This document shows positions 52,362 through 62,295 of a DNA stretch of 64,000 nucleotides, piece by piece. Source of the stretch: an uncultured Gemmatimonadales bacterium (GTDB lineage Bacteria > Gemmatimonadota > Gemmatimonadetes > Gemmatimonadales > GWC2-71-9); contig CAWGED010000019.1 in NCBI GenBank assembly GCA_963821525.1, forward strand, positions 160,001 through 224,000. The letters are read 5' to 3'. The translations under genes were made by a program, and so were the position numbers. The number at the start of each line of letters is the position of its first letter. The first letter of the stretch is position 1. The notes beneath the pieces were generated by a model, which was not told the origin of the DNA, did no database searches, and was given only the letters and a program-made list of their open reading frames with translations.

Positions 52362-53658
52362 GTGGCCAAAGACTCACTGACCATTACCGACAACCGGACC
52401 GGCAAGACCTACGAGCTGCCGATCACCGAAGGCACTATCAAGGCGCCCGACCTCCGCAACATCAAAGTGGATGCCGAGGATTTCGGCCTGATGACGTACG
52501 ATCCGGCCTTCCTCAATACCGCCTGCCTGCCGCAGCGCCATCACCTTCATCGACGGCGACCGCGGGATCCTGAGATATCGCGGTTATCCCATCGAGCAGA
52601 TCGCGGAGAAAGCCAGCTTTCTCGAGGTGGCCTACTTGCTCTGTGAAGGCGAGTTGCCCACCCGTGCCCAGCTGGACAAATGGGAGGACGAAGTCCGGTA
52701 CCACACCTACGTCCACACCAACATCATCAAGTTCCTCGAGGGCTTCCGCTACAACGCGCACCCGATGGGCATGTTGCTCGGCGTCGTGGGAGCGCTCTCG
52801 ACCTTCTATCCCGACGCGAAGAACATCGAAGATCCGGCCTCTCGCTATCTCCAGCGGATCCGGCTCATCGCCAAGCTTCCCACTATCGCGGCGTTCGCCT
52901 TCCGCCATTCCCGCGGGTTGCCATACGAATTCCCCCGGAACGACCTGGGCTATATCGCGAACTTCGTCAACATGACCTTCAGCATCGGAGGCAAGCACGA
53001 GCCCAATCCGGTGCTGCAGCGGGCGCTCGAGATCCTTCTCATCCTCCACGCCGACCACGAGCAGAATTGCTCGACAAGCGCAGTACGGGCGGTCGGGTCC
53101 TCCAACGTGGACCCATTCTCTGCCGTGTCGGCGGGAATCGCCGCGCTCTACGGACCGCTCCACGGCGGGGCAAACGAAGCGGTCCTGGTCATGCTCGACG
53201 AGATCGGCGACCGGAAGAACATCCCCGCCTTCATCGAGAAGGTGAAACAGGGACACGGCCGGCTCATGGGATTCGGCCACCGGGTCTACAAGTCCTACGA
53301 TCCACGCGCCAAGCTGATCAAGAAGGTGGCCTACGACGTCTTCGAGCAGACCGGCCTCAATCCCAAGCTGGAGATCGCGCTGGAGCTGGAGAAGATCGCG
53401 CTGGAGGATGAGTACTTCATCAAGCGGAAGCTCTATCCCAACGTGGACTTCTACTCCGGCATCATCTACCAGGCGATGGGGTATCCCACCGATTACTTCA
53501 CGGTACTCTTCGCCCTGGGACGGCTTCCCGGATGGATCTCCCAGTGGGAGGAGATGCTGCTCGACAAGGACACCAAGATCGCCCGTCCGCGGCAGATCTA
53601 CGCCGGCTATCCGCAGCGGGAGTTTGTGCCGATGGCGATGAGGGGAACGGGAGATTGA
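52362..53658 (+). CDS. gltA: Citrate synthase; indel near 52525
   Basis: HADHEQNCST, GPLHGGANE, MGFGHRVYK, YPNVDFYSG. Confidence 0.95.
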
Positions 53659-53688
53659 AGATTGAAGATTTCAGATTGAAGATTGAAA
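53651..53688. repeat. GATTGAA heptamer array spanning the gltA stop and the next start
   Basis: gagattgaagattgaagatttcagattgaagattgaaa. Confidence 0.75.
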
Positions 53689-54706
53689 AGCGCCGCCCCG
53701 CAGACTGAAGAGGACCTGGAAGAAATCCTCTCGCGTCCGACCCAGGGCGTGATGGAGGTTCTCGCCACCCTTCCCGGCGACCTCCTCGTCCTGGGTGCCG
53801 GTGGCAAGATGGGGCCGAGTCTGGCGCGCATGGCCCAACGGGCCTTGGGGGAGCGCCACCGAGTCATCGCCGTATCACGCTTCAGAGATCCCGCGAGCCG
53901 GCAGATGCTGGAGCAGGCGGGAATCAGGACCATCGCGGCAGACCTGCGAGACCCCGCCGCGGTAGCCGCGCTCCCTGACGCGCCCGACCTGATTTTCATG
54001 GCCGGCCAGAAGTTCGGGACCAACGCGGCACCGGCCGAAACCTGGGCCATGAACGCGCTGGTGCCGGCGCTGGTCGCGGCCCGGTACCCGGGTCGCCGTT
54101 TCGTCGTCTTCTCGACCGGCAATGTCTATCCGCTGGTTCCCGCCAGCTCCAAGGGCGCGCGGGAGAACCACCCCGTGGGGCCGGTCGGGGAATACGCCAT
54201 GAGCTGTGTCGCACGCGAGCGGCTCTTCGAGGACGCTGCGAGTCGCGACGGCACCCGGGTCACCATCTTCCGGCTGAACTACGCCAACGATCTTCGTTAC
54301 GGTGTGCTGGTGGACCTGGCGCGGCGGGTCCTGACCGGAGAGCCGGTGGACCTGAGCATGGGACAGGTGAACCTGATCTGGCAGGGCGACGCCAATGCGC
54401 GGGCACTCCAGTGTCTCGCCCTCGCCTCGAGTCCAGCCACGATCCTGAATGTCACCGGGCCCGAGGTCCTGAGTGTGCGAGCCCTGGCGAAAAAGATCGG
54501 CGACTATGCGGGGCGGGAACCGGTGTTCAAAGGAGCCGAGGCGAGCCGACTCCCTGCTGAGCGACGCCAGCCGGTCCATCCAGCTCTTCGGCCCACCAGT
54601 CGTGTCGGTTGACACCATGATCGAGTGGACGGTCTCCTGGCTGAGCCAGGGAGGGCGAGTGCTCGGCAAACCCACCCATTTCGAGGAGCGACATGGGCAG
54701 TTCTAG
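53683..54706 (+). CDS. NAD-dependent epimerase/dehydratase; indel near 54545
   Basis: VLGAGGKMG, FSTGNVY, C-terminal GKPTHFEERHGQF. Confidence 0.85.
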
Positions 54707-54720
54707 TCGGATATCCATCC

Positions 54721-55758
54721 ATGAATGACCTGCGAACCCACCTGCTCGCCGGACAGGTCATTCCCGCTCATCCACTGGCCCTCACCGCCGATCGAAAGCT
54801 CGACGAGCGTCGCCAGCGAGCGTTGTCCCGGTATTACATCGCAGCCGGTGCGGGTGGGCTCGCGGTGGGTGTCCACACGACTCAGTTCGCGATCCGGGAT
54901 CCCAAGCACGGCCTGTTCGAGCCGGTACTCGCTCTCGCAGCCGAAGTCGCAAGAAGCGAACAAGCGCGTTCAGGGCGAAAGGTGGCGCTGGTGGCGGGAG
55001 CAGTGGGCCGCACCGCACAGGCCGTTGCCGAAGCGGAGACCGCCGCGAAACTGGGGTACGACGCGACACTGCTCTCTCTGGCCGCCTGGCAGGACGCGAC
55101 CGACCAGGAACTGCTGGCGCACTGCCGCACCGTCTCCGGCGTGCTTCCCCTCTTTGGTTTCTATCTCCAGCCCGCTGTCGGTGGCCGCCACCTGGGCTAC
55201 CAGTTCTGGCGCGGGCTGGCCGAGTTGCCCGGTCTCGTCGCCATCAAGATCGCGCCGTTCAGCCGCTACCATACGCTCGAGGTAATGCGCGCCGTGGGCG
55301 ACTCAGGACGGCGGGATGTGGCGCTTTACACCGGAAACGACGACAGCATCGTGGTAGACCTCTTGTCTCGCTTCCCCTTCGGCGACGGCGACCGGCGCAT
55401 CGTCGGCGGGCTACTCGGCCAATGGGCGGTGTGGACTCGACGAGCGGTCGAGTTGCTTCATCATCTCCGCCGCCAAGACTCCTCCAACCAGGTCGGGCCC
55501 GAGTGGTTGTCGCTCGCGACCCGTCTCACCGATGCCAACGCCGCGATCTTCGACGCCGATCATCAATTCGCCGGCTGCATTCCGGGCATTCACGAGGTGC
55601 TGCGGCGACAGGGACTGCTCGCTGGAACCTGGTGTCTCGACGCCGAGGAACAGCTCTCGCCGGGGCAGGCGGAGCAGATTTCCCGGGTCATTCACGCCTA
55701 CCCCGAGCTGATCGACGATGCCTTTGTCGCCGAGCATCGGGACGCCTGGATGGCCTGA
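54721..55758 (+). CDS. Dihydrodipicolinate-synthase-family aldolase-like protein
   Basis: GLAVGVHTTQF, FYLQPAVGG, AIKIAPF, YTGNDD. Confidence 0.85.
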   Translation: MNDLRTHLLAGQVIPAHPLALTADRKLDERRQRALSRYYIAAGAGGLAVGVHTTQFAIRDPKHGLFEPVLALAAEVARSEQARSGRKVALVAGAVGRTAQAVAEAETAAKLGYDATLLSLAAWQDATDQELLAHCRTVSGVLPLFGFYLQPAVGGRHLGYQFWRGLAELPGLVAIKIAPFSRYHTLEVMRAVGDSGRRDVALYTGNDDSIVVDLLSRFPFGDGDRRIVGGLLGQWAVWTRRAVELLHHLRRQDSSNQVGPEWLSLATRLTDANAAIFDADHQFAGCIPGIHEVLRRQGLLAGTWCLDAEEQLSPGQAEQISRVIHAYPELIDDAFVAEHRDAWMA

Positions 55759-55815
55759 CGCGAGATTTACAACTCCTGATCTGACGAGCACTTGCGGCGC
55801 CAGAAATGGCGCCGC

Positions 55816-55855
55816 TTGACGTTTTGGTATCATAGTGATATCATAACGATACCAA
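55816..55855 (+). promoter_or_regulatory. sigma70 promoter with overlapping palindromic operator for the SPFH-RHH operon
   Basis: TTGACG-17nt-TATCAT; TTGGTATC..TGATATCA..GATACCAA. Confidence 0.7.
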
Positions 55856-55875
55856 CTCCAAATGAGGGTAGAGCT

Positions 55876-56742
55876 GTGATTCGGGAAATCGAGCACAAGG
55901 CTGTGAATGGAGCCCTGGCCGTGGTTCTCCTGCTGGCCGCGACAGCGTTCCTCGTCGCCGCGTTCATCAACGCCGTGCGGACGCAGCAACCACAGCGACT
56001 GATCGGGATCATGCTGGCCTTCCCGCTGCTGGTGCTCTGCTGGAAGGGGCTACTGGTCGTGCAACCCAATCAGGGCAAGGCTCTGCTCCTCTTTGGCCGC
56101 TACAGCGGGACCGTGCGGGCTTCCGGTCTCTGGTGGGTCAATCCCTTCTTTACCGCGCGAGCCATTTCGCTCCGGGTGCGGAACTTCGAGACCACCAAGC
56201 TCAAGGTGAACGACCACAACTCCAATCCGATCGAGATCGGAGCGGTCGTGGTCTGGCAGGTGACCGATACGGCGGAAGCTCTTTTCGAAGTGGACAACTA
56301 CGAGGACTACGTCAAAGTCCAGAGCGAATCGGCGCTGCGGGGCCTGGCGAACCAGTATCCCTATGATGCGCACGAGGCGGGGCAGATGTCGCTCTCGGTG
56401 AACACCAGCGAAGTGGCCGAGAAGCTCAAAGTCGAGATCCAGGAGCGGCTCGTCAAAGCCGGCGTCAAGGTGCTGGAGTCGCGAATCAGCCACCTGGCCT
56501 ATGCCCCGGAGATCGCCGGCGTGATGCTGCGGCGCCAGCAGGCCAACGCCGTCATCGCCGCGAGGCAGAAGATTGTGGAGGGTGCGGTCGGCATGGTCGA
56601 GTCGGCGCTGGATCAGCTCTCCAGCAAGCAGATCGTGCATCTGGATGAGGAGCGGAAGGCGACGATGGTGAGCAATCTGCTCGTGGTTCTGTGCTCCGAG
56701 CAGGCTACTCAGCCGGTCGTGAACGCCGGATCCATCTACTGA
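55876..56742 (+). CDS. SPFH (band 7) domain membrane protein
   Basis: Two TM helices, [35 protein letters not shown]. Confidence 0.9.
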   Translation: MIREIEHKAVNGALAVVLLLAATAFLVAAFINAVRTQQPQRLIGIMLAFPLLVLCWKGLLVVQPNQGKALLLFGRYSGTVRASGLWWVNPFFTARAISLRVRNFETTKLKVNDHNSNPIEIGAVVVWQVTDTAEALFEVDNYEDYVKVQSESALRGLANQYPYDAHEAGQMSLSVNTSEVAEKLKVEIQERLVKAGVKVLESRISHLAYAPEIAGVMLRRQQANAVIAARQKIVEGAVGMVESALDQLSSKQIVHLDEERKATMVSNLLVVLCSEQATQPVVNAGSIY

Positions 56743-56749
56743 GACCGTC

Positions 56750-56914
56750 GTGGAGCGGAAGCCCTTCCTGTTGCGGCTGGACCCGGCGCTGCACGAGGCC
56801 TTGCAGCGTTGGGCGGCCGACGAGCTGCGGTCGCTGAACGGTCAGATCGAGTTTGTGCTCCGTCGGGCAGTTCAGGAGGCGGGGCGACTGAAGAGTGACG
56901 AGGGAAAGGACTGA
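56750..56914 (+). CDS. Arc-family ribbon-helix-helix DNA-binding protein (54 aa)
   Basis: KPFLLRLDPALHEALQRWAADELRSLNGQIEFVL; not in the ORF track. Confidence 0.85.
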   Translation: MERKPFLLRLDPALHEALQRWAADELRSLNGQIEFVLRRAVQEAGRLKSDEGKD

Positions 56915-56983
56915 GGACTGAGGACTGAGTATCAGTACGTCGAGTACCGAGTACCGAAGATTCGCTCGAGTAAGGAGGATAGT

Positions 56984-57178
56984 ATGCGGCGTTACGTCCA
57001 GATTTCCGGGATCTTTTTCGCGCTTCTCGCGCTGGTCCAGTTGACTCGAACGCTGTCCGGTTGGCCGGTCCAGGTGGCCAGCGTCACGGTACCCATCTGG
57101 GCCTCGGCGGTCGCGTTTGTCATCACGGCAAGCTTCGCGACGTGGGCCCTGCGCGCAGTGACGAGTGAGAGGAGATGA
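56984..57178 (+). CDS. Small two-TM hypothetical membrane protein
   Basis: Strong RBS TAAGGAGG, two hydrophobic segments. Confidence 0.75.
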   Translation: MRRYVQISGIFFALLALVQLTRTLSGWPVQVASVTVPIWASAVAFVITASFATWALRAVTSERR

Positions 57179-57412
57179 AAGTACCTAGTACCTGGTACCG
57201 AGTACCGAGGAACAGCAACGAGCGAGAGAGGAATCCCGAGTGCCGAAGCCTTCGCGGACTGCTAGGCCTCCGGGCTTGTCCTCTCACTCTCAGTCCTCAG
57301 TCCTTTTCTTTCAACTGATCTTGTCCGGGACAACTGCTTCGCGAGCCATCGCCGGGAGCGTCGATACAGGGGAGGGCTTACGCGCTGGACGGGTCGGACT
57401 GCATGGGACCAA

Positions 57413-57430
57413 TACTTGACTAATCAAGTA
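57413..57430. promoter_or_regulatory. MarR operator candidate 1
   Basis: TACTTGA-CTAA-TCAAGTA palindrome upstream of marR. Confidence 0.65.
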
Positions 57431-57449
57431 ATATCCTATACTCTTCACC

Positions 57450-57980
57450 ATGCCTAGACCGGTCACCTCCGTTCAGCGGGAGATCAAGCAGCGGAAGCCG
57501 TTCCGCTCGGCCAGCCAGGAGGCGTTCATCGCCCTCCTTCGCACGGCCGACTTGCTCCGCCGGCGCGTCTCGACCGACATCGAGGCGGAAGGGATCACCC
57601 TGCAGCAGTACAACGTCCTGCGGATCCTTCGCGGGGCCGGGCCTGAGGGGCTTCCGACTCTCGAGATCCCCGAGCGGATGATCGAACAGGCGCCGGGGAT
57701 CACCCGGTTGATTGACCGCCTGGAACGCAAGCGGCTGGTTTCCCGGGAGCGTTGCCCTGAAGACCGGAGGCAGGTCACCTGCAGGATCAGTGAGTCAGGC
57801 CTGGATCTCCTGGGCAAGATGGACGTGTCGCTGGACCACGCGGACGATGCCCTGTTCGCAGCGCTTTCGACCGCGGAGCAGCGGCAGCTGATCAAGCTGC
57901 TCGACCGGGTCCGAGCCGACATAGACGCTACCGGCGTAGTCGAAATGATGAAGCCGGGTTTGTTTTGTGAAATTAGTTGA
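57450..57980 (+). CDS. MarR family transcriptional regulator
   Basis: TLQQYNVLRIL, ITRLIDRLE, DRRQV. Confidence 0.92.
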   Translation: MPRPVTSVQREIKQRKPFRSASQEAFIALLRTADLLRRRVSTDIEAEGITLQQYNVLRILRGAGPEGLPTLEIPERMIEQAPGITRLIDRLERKRLVSRERCPEDRRQVTCRISESGLDLLGKMDVSLDHADDALFAALSTAEQRQLIKLLDRVRADIDATGVVEMMKPGLFCEIS

Positions 57981-57991
57981 CTAGTTATGTA
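57974..57991. promoter_or_regulatory. MarR operator candidate 2, upstream of doxX
   Basis: TAGTTGACTAGTTATGTA, 14/18 identical to candidate 1. Confidence 0.55.
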
Positions 57992-58030
57992 TTAACCAAT
58001 CACGCTTCTCGCAGGAAAGGCAAGGCACAT

Positions 58031-58531
58031 ATGACCACCATCGCCTCACCATCAATCCAGCGGATCGGCGCGGTTCGCGAGCCGGTTGGCCTGGGAGCGT
58101 TGCTGCGGACCAAGGCCGACTGGGGCACCACTCTCCTCCGGCTCACTCTTGGCATCGTGATGTTCCCCCACGGCGCGCAGAAACTGCTCGGCTGGTTCGG
58201 CGGCTACGGGTACCGCGGCACCATGGATTTCTTCACCCACCAGATGCACATCCCCGCCCTGTTCGCCTTTCTGGCCATCATGGCGGAGTTCGCAGGATCG
58301 CTGGGCCTGATCACGGGATTCCTGACTCGGGTCGCCGCCTTCGGCATCGCGATGAACATGATCGTGGCGCTCGTGCTGGTGCATGGCCACGTCGGGTTCT
58401 TCATGAACTGGTACGGGCAGTATCCGGCCGGAACGGAAGGCTTCGAGTACGCGCTGCTGGCGATTGCGGTGGCGGTGTACTTGATCGTGAAGGGGGGCGG
58501 GGAAGGCGTCGGTGGATGGGTCGGTCAGTGA
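58031..58531 (+). CDS. DoxX family membrane protein (3' end possibly frameshifted)
   Basis: PHGAQKLLGWFGG, GFLTR, EGFEY. Confidence 0.9.
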   Translation: MTTIASPSIQRIGAVREPVGLGALLRTKADWGTTLLRLTLGIVMFPHGAQKLLGWFGGYGYRGTMDFFTHQMHIPALFAFLAIMAEFAGSLGLITGFLTRVAAFGIAMNMIVALVLVHGHVGFFMNWYGQYPAGTEGFEYALLAIAVAVYLIVKGGGEGVGGWVGQ

Positions 58532-58617
58532 GGAGTGCGAGTTCGCAGTTCCGAGTTACGAGTGGGAGGACAGGCTTAGACTTCGAAACTCGGAAATCGC
58601 AATCTTCAATGCCCTCG

Positions 58618-60527
58618 CTACGTCCCCGGCAGCTCCTCTCCCTCCAGGTACGTGTACCCCTCCAGCCCCGCCACATAGTCGGCGATGAACTGGTTGGCGT
58701 CCTGCCGGGCGAGGTCCTTCGCGTTGTTGACCTTGCGACGGAAGGTGGAGAGCAGGTCGGAGGCGTGGAACTGGACGTAGTGCAGCACCTCGGTCACCGT
58801 GTCCCCGTGCACCAGGTCGGTCACCTCGTACCCCTGCTCGGTGAGCCGCACGTGCACCGCGTTGGTGTCGCCGAACAGGTTGTGCAGGTCGCCCAGGATT
58901 TCCTGGTAGGCTCCGGTCAGGAATATCCCCAGGATGTACGGCTCGTCGTCCTTGACCGGGTGCAGCTCGAGCGAGGGTTTCCCCTTCCGGCCGCCCACGA
59001 AACGATCAATTACTCCATCCGAGTCGCAGGTGATGTCCTGAATGGTTCCCCGGCGAGTCGGTTGTTCGTCCAGCCGGTGGATCGGCATGATGGGGAACAA
59101 CTGATCGATGGCCCAGTTGTCAGGCAGGGACTGGAAGACCGAGAAGTTGCAGAAGTAGCGGTCGATCAGGGTGGACTCCAGGTCGCCCACGATTTCGGGA
59201 TACGCCGCCTTGTCTTCCTCGATCATGTGCGCCAGGGCGTTCATGGTGCAGAGGTAGAACGTCTCGACGTCGGCCCGGTCCCGCAGTGAGAGCACCCCGC
59301 TGGCGAACAATTCCTGGGCTCGTTCCTTCCCGAACGAGGCGTCGTGATGCGCCTCCTGGAGCCGGTCGGGTGAGAGCGACTCGAAATTCTCCTTCATCTC
59401 CACCAACAGCGGATGGGCGCCTTTGCCGAGCTTGGGCGGCACCGGCTCGATCTGCGATTCGACATCGGTCACGTTGATCAGGAGCAGCGCGTGATGCGCG
59501 GTGATCGCCCTCCCCGATTCGGAGATGATGTGGGGCATGGGGAGGCCCTCGGCACGGCACATCGCGCCGACGGTGTAGATCACGTCGTTGGCGTACTCCC
59601 GCATCGAGTAATTCATGCTGGCGGGCCGGGTGGACCGTGAGCCGTCGTAGTCCACTCCCAGCCCGCCTCCCACATCCACGTGGCTCAGCGCGAAGCCCAT
59701 CTTCCTGAGCTCGACGTAGAAGCGGGCGACCTCCTCGAGCGCCGCCTTGATGTACTGGATGTCGGTGATCTGGCTGCCCAGATGGAAGTGCACCAGCCGG
59801 AGCGCGTCCTTCCGCCCCAGGCTCTCCAGCTTGTCCAGCAGCTTCATCAGCTCGGCGGCGCTCAGGCCAAACTTCGACTTTTCTCCTCCGCTCTTGGCCC
59901 AACGTCCAGAGCCTTCGGCTGCCAGCTTGATGCGGACGCCGACAGTGGGAGAAACGCCCAGCTCGTCGGCCACTTTGAAGAGCGTATCGAGCTCGCTCAG
60001 CTGCTCCAGGACCACGAACACCGTGTGTCCCAGCTTCTGGCCCATGAGGGCGAGGCGCATGTACTCCTCGTCCTTGTAGCCGTTGCAGACGATGATCGGC
60101 TGGATGCTCTCGGTGATCCCCAGGATCGCCTGCAGCTCCGCCTTACTGCCGCACTCGAGTCCCACGCCGAGTGGCATGCCGAATTCCACGATCTCCTCGA
60201 TGACGTGGCGCTGCTGGTTGACCTTGATGGGGTAGACCGTCGTGTAGGTGCCTTCGTAGCCGAACTCGGCGATGGCGTCCTGAACTGGGCGGCGAGCGCC
60301 TCGATCCTGGCCCTGAGGATGTCGGAGAACCGGAGCAGCAGCGGCAGTCCCACGCCCTGCGCGTTGAGGTCCATCGCCAGCTGGTAGAGATCCAGCCCGC
60401 GCTTGGGGTTTCCGTCCGGGTGGACGGTGACCCGGCCTTCGGCATTGGCCCGGAAGAAGCCCAGGCCCCAGCCCTGTACGTTGTAGAGCTTCTCGGCGTC
60501 CTTGACGGTCCAGGAAGTCGGGGAGAT
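58618..60527 (-). CDS. speA: Biosynthetic arginine decarboxylase; indel near 60280; apparent ATC start
   Basis: VYPIKVNQ, CNGYKD, SKFGL, HFHLGSQI, DVGGGLGVDYDG, DITCDSDG, GAYQEILGDLHNLFG. Confidence 0.94.
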
Positions 60528-60570
60528 TGAGCGGACTCCGGTTGGAGGAAGGGGAAGATTTTAATAGAGG

Positions 60571-60780
60571 AAGACGGGAGATGGGAGACGGGAAGGGCGG
60601 GAAGGCGGTTGGGCGGGGAAGGCGGTAGGGCGGATAGGCGGGGCGGACGAGGCGGACGAGGCGGGACGGACGGAGGAGGAGCCGACGGCGGGACGCTAGA
60701 TTCAACGGGAGTACCATGACCATCCGACTATCGACCATCGACCACCGACTCTAGACTCCAGTCTCTCGACTTCCGACTCA
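60571..60780. repeat. Purine-rich 7-9-mer arrays (GGGAGAC, GGCGGACGA) and CGACCAT-type heptamers in the divergent speA/protease spacer
   Basis: gacgggagatgggagacggg..ggcggacgaggcggacgagg; gaccatccgactatcgaccatcgaccaccgac. Confidence 0.65.
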
Positions 60781-60782
60781 GA

Positions 60783-61868
60783 ATGACCTGGTCCTTTCGC
60801 ATCGCACGGATCGCGGGCACCGACGTCAAGGTGCACTTCACCTTCCTTCTCCTCGTCGCCTGGTGGGCGATGAGCGGCTACCAGGAAGGCGGAACCCCCG
60901 GGGCCGTCCATGCGACCGTTCTCCTCCTCTCCCTGTTCACCTGCGTCATCCTTCATGAATTCGGGCACATCCTCATGGCCCGGCGATTCGGGGTCCGGAC
61001 TCCAGATGTGATCCTCCTGCCGATCGGAGGAGTGGCGCGGCTGGAGCGGATCCCCGACAAGCCCAGGGAAGAACTGCTGATCGCCCTTGCGGGACCATTT
61101 GTCACCCTGGTTCTCGCGGCGGTCTTCTACGGATGGCTCGTGCTGACCGGGCAGTCCATCACGACCCCCTCGAACGAACTGGCCCACGCCCCTCTGGCCG
61201 TGGCGCTGCTGGTGATGAACGTGATCCTGCTGGTCTTCAATCTCATCCCGGCCTTTCCGATGGACGGGGGCCGAGTACTGCGGGCGCTCCTGGCGAGCAA
61301 GCTGGGGTTCGTGAGGGCGACCCGCATCGCGGCTTCGATCGGGCAGGGGCTGGCCATTCCGGCCGGCGTCTACGGGCTCTTCAAGCCAGAGCCGATGCTG
61401 GTCCTCATCGCGCTCTTCGTCTTCCTCGGCGCCGCAACCGAGGCCGCCGCGGTGGAGACCAGGATCGCGGGCGAGGGGATCCGGATCGAGCAGATGATGG
61501 TGACCCGCTTCGAGACCATTCCGATCCACGCCCGGTTGCGACTGGCCGTGGACCTGCTGCTTTCCGGCGAGCAGCGCGAGTTTCCGGTGGTGGACAACGC
61601 CGGGCGGGTGGAAGGCATCCTCACCCGAGAAAGCCTGATCAAGGCCCTGGCGGAGCGGGGCCCGGAGTCCACGGTTGGAGAGGCGATGATTTCGCCGGTG
61701 CCGGCGCTGCCGGTGGGCCTCGATTTCGAAACGGCGGTGGGGCGACTTCGTTCCAGCGGCTTGGCTGCGCTGCCGGTGGTGGGACCCTCGGGTGAGCTGG
61801 TCGGTCTGCTCACCACGGACAACGTGTCCGATCTGATAATGGTCCGGCGGGCCGTCAGCAAACGCTGA
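60783..61868 (+). CDS. Site-2 (M50) membrane protease with CBS domains
   Basis: HEFGH, NLIPAFPMDGG, two CBS repeats. Confidence 0.92.
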   Translation: MTWSFRIARIAGTDVKVHFTFLLLVAWWAMSGYQEGGTPGAVHATVLLLSLFTCVILHEFGHILMARRFGVRTPDVILLPIGGVARLERIPDKPREELLIALAGPFVTLVLAAVFYGWLVLTGQSITTPSNELAHAPLAVALLVMNVILLVFNLIPAFPMDGGRVLRALLASKLGFVRATRIAASIGQGLAIPAGVYGLFKPEPMLVLIALFVFLGAATEAAAVETRIAGEGIRIEQMMVTRFETIPIHARLRLAVDLLLSGEQREFPVVDNAGRVEGILTRESLIKALAERGPESTVGEAMISPVPALPVGLDFETAVGRLRSSGLAALPVVGPSGELVGLLTTDNVSDLIMVRRAVSKR

Positions 61869-61884
61869 CCGACCTCACCGAGCA

Positions 61885-62295
61885 CTACGAGTCCTGCAAC
61901 TCCTGCTGCAGAGTCGGTCCCGGAGACTTGGGGACCTGGAAATACCACCAGTTCCGCTCCGGCGTCCAGCCTTCATCCTCGGCGGTGATCGGTCCCCACA
62001 GGCACCGCTCCGCCGGCTCCAATAGAACCAGCATCCGGTGATCCGCGGTGCGTACCCGCGGCATGATTTGGGCGCGCGCCTCGACGGAGGCGAGCTCGAG
62101 CGCGTTCTCCAGCAGCTGGCGCCCGTCCATGTCGTTCAGGTAGTCGTCCAGCCCTTGGGGATAGCCCTTGCTGACCTGGTCTACCACCCGTTCCCAGTTC
62201 TCGACCAGCCCTCGCAGCCCGTTCGCCACGATCGCGTACGACGCGCCTTGCTTCCGCAGGAATTCAGTGATCGGATCGTCCGGCTGCTGAGGCAC
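61885..62295 (-). CDS. Hypothetical protein
   Basis: Abuts the upstream stop; protein-like composition (DDYLNDMDGR, WWYF). Confidence 0.7.
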   Translation of the reverse strand: MPQQPDDPITEFLRKQGASYAIVANGLRGLVENWERVVDQVSKGYPQGLDDYLNDMDGRQLLENALELASVEARAQIMPRVRTADHRMLVLLEPAERCLWGPITAEDEGWTPERNWWYFQVPKSPGPTLQQELQDS

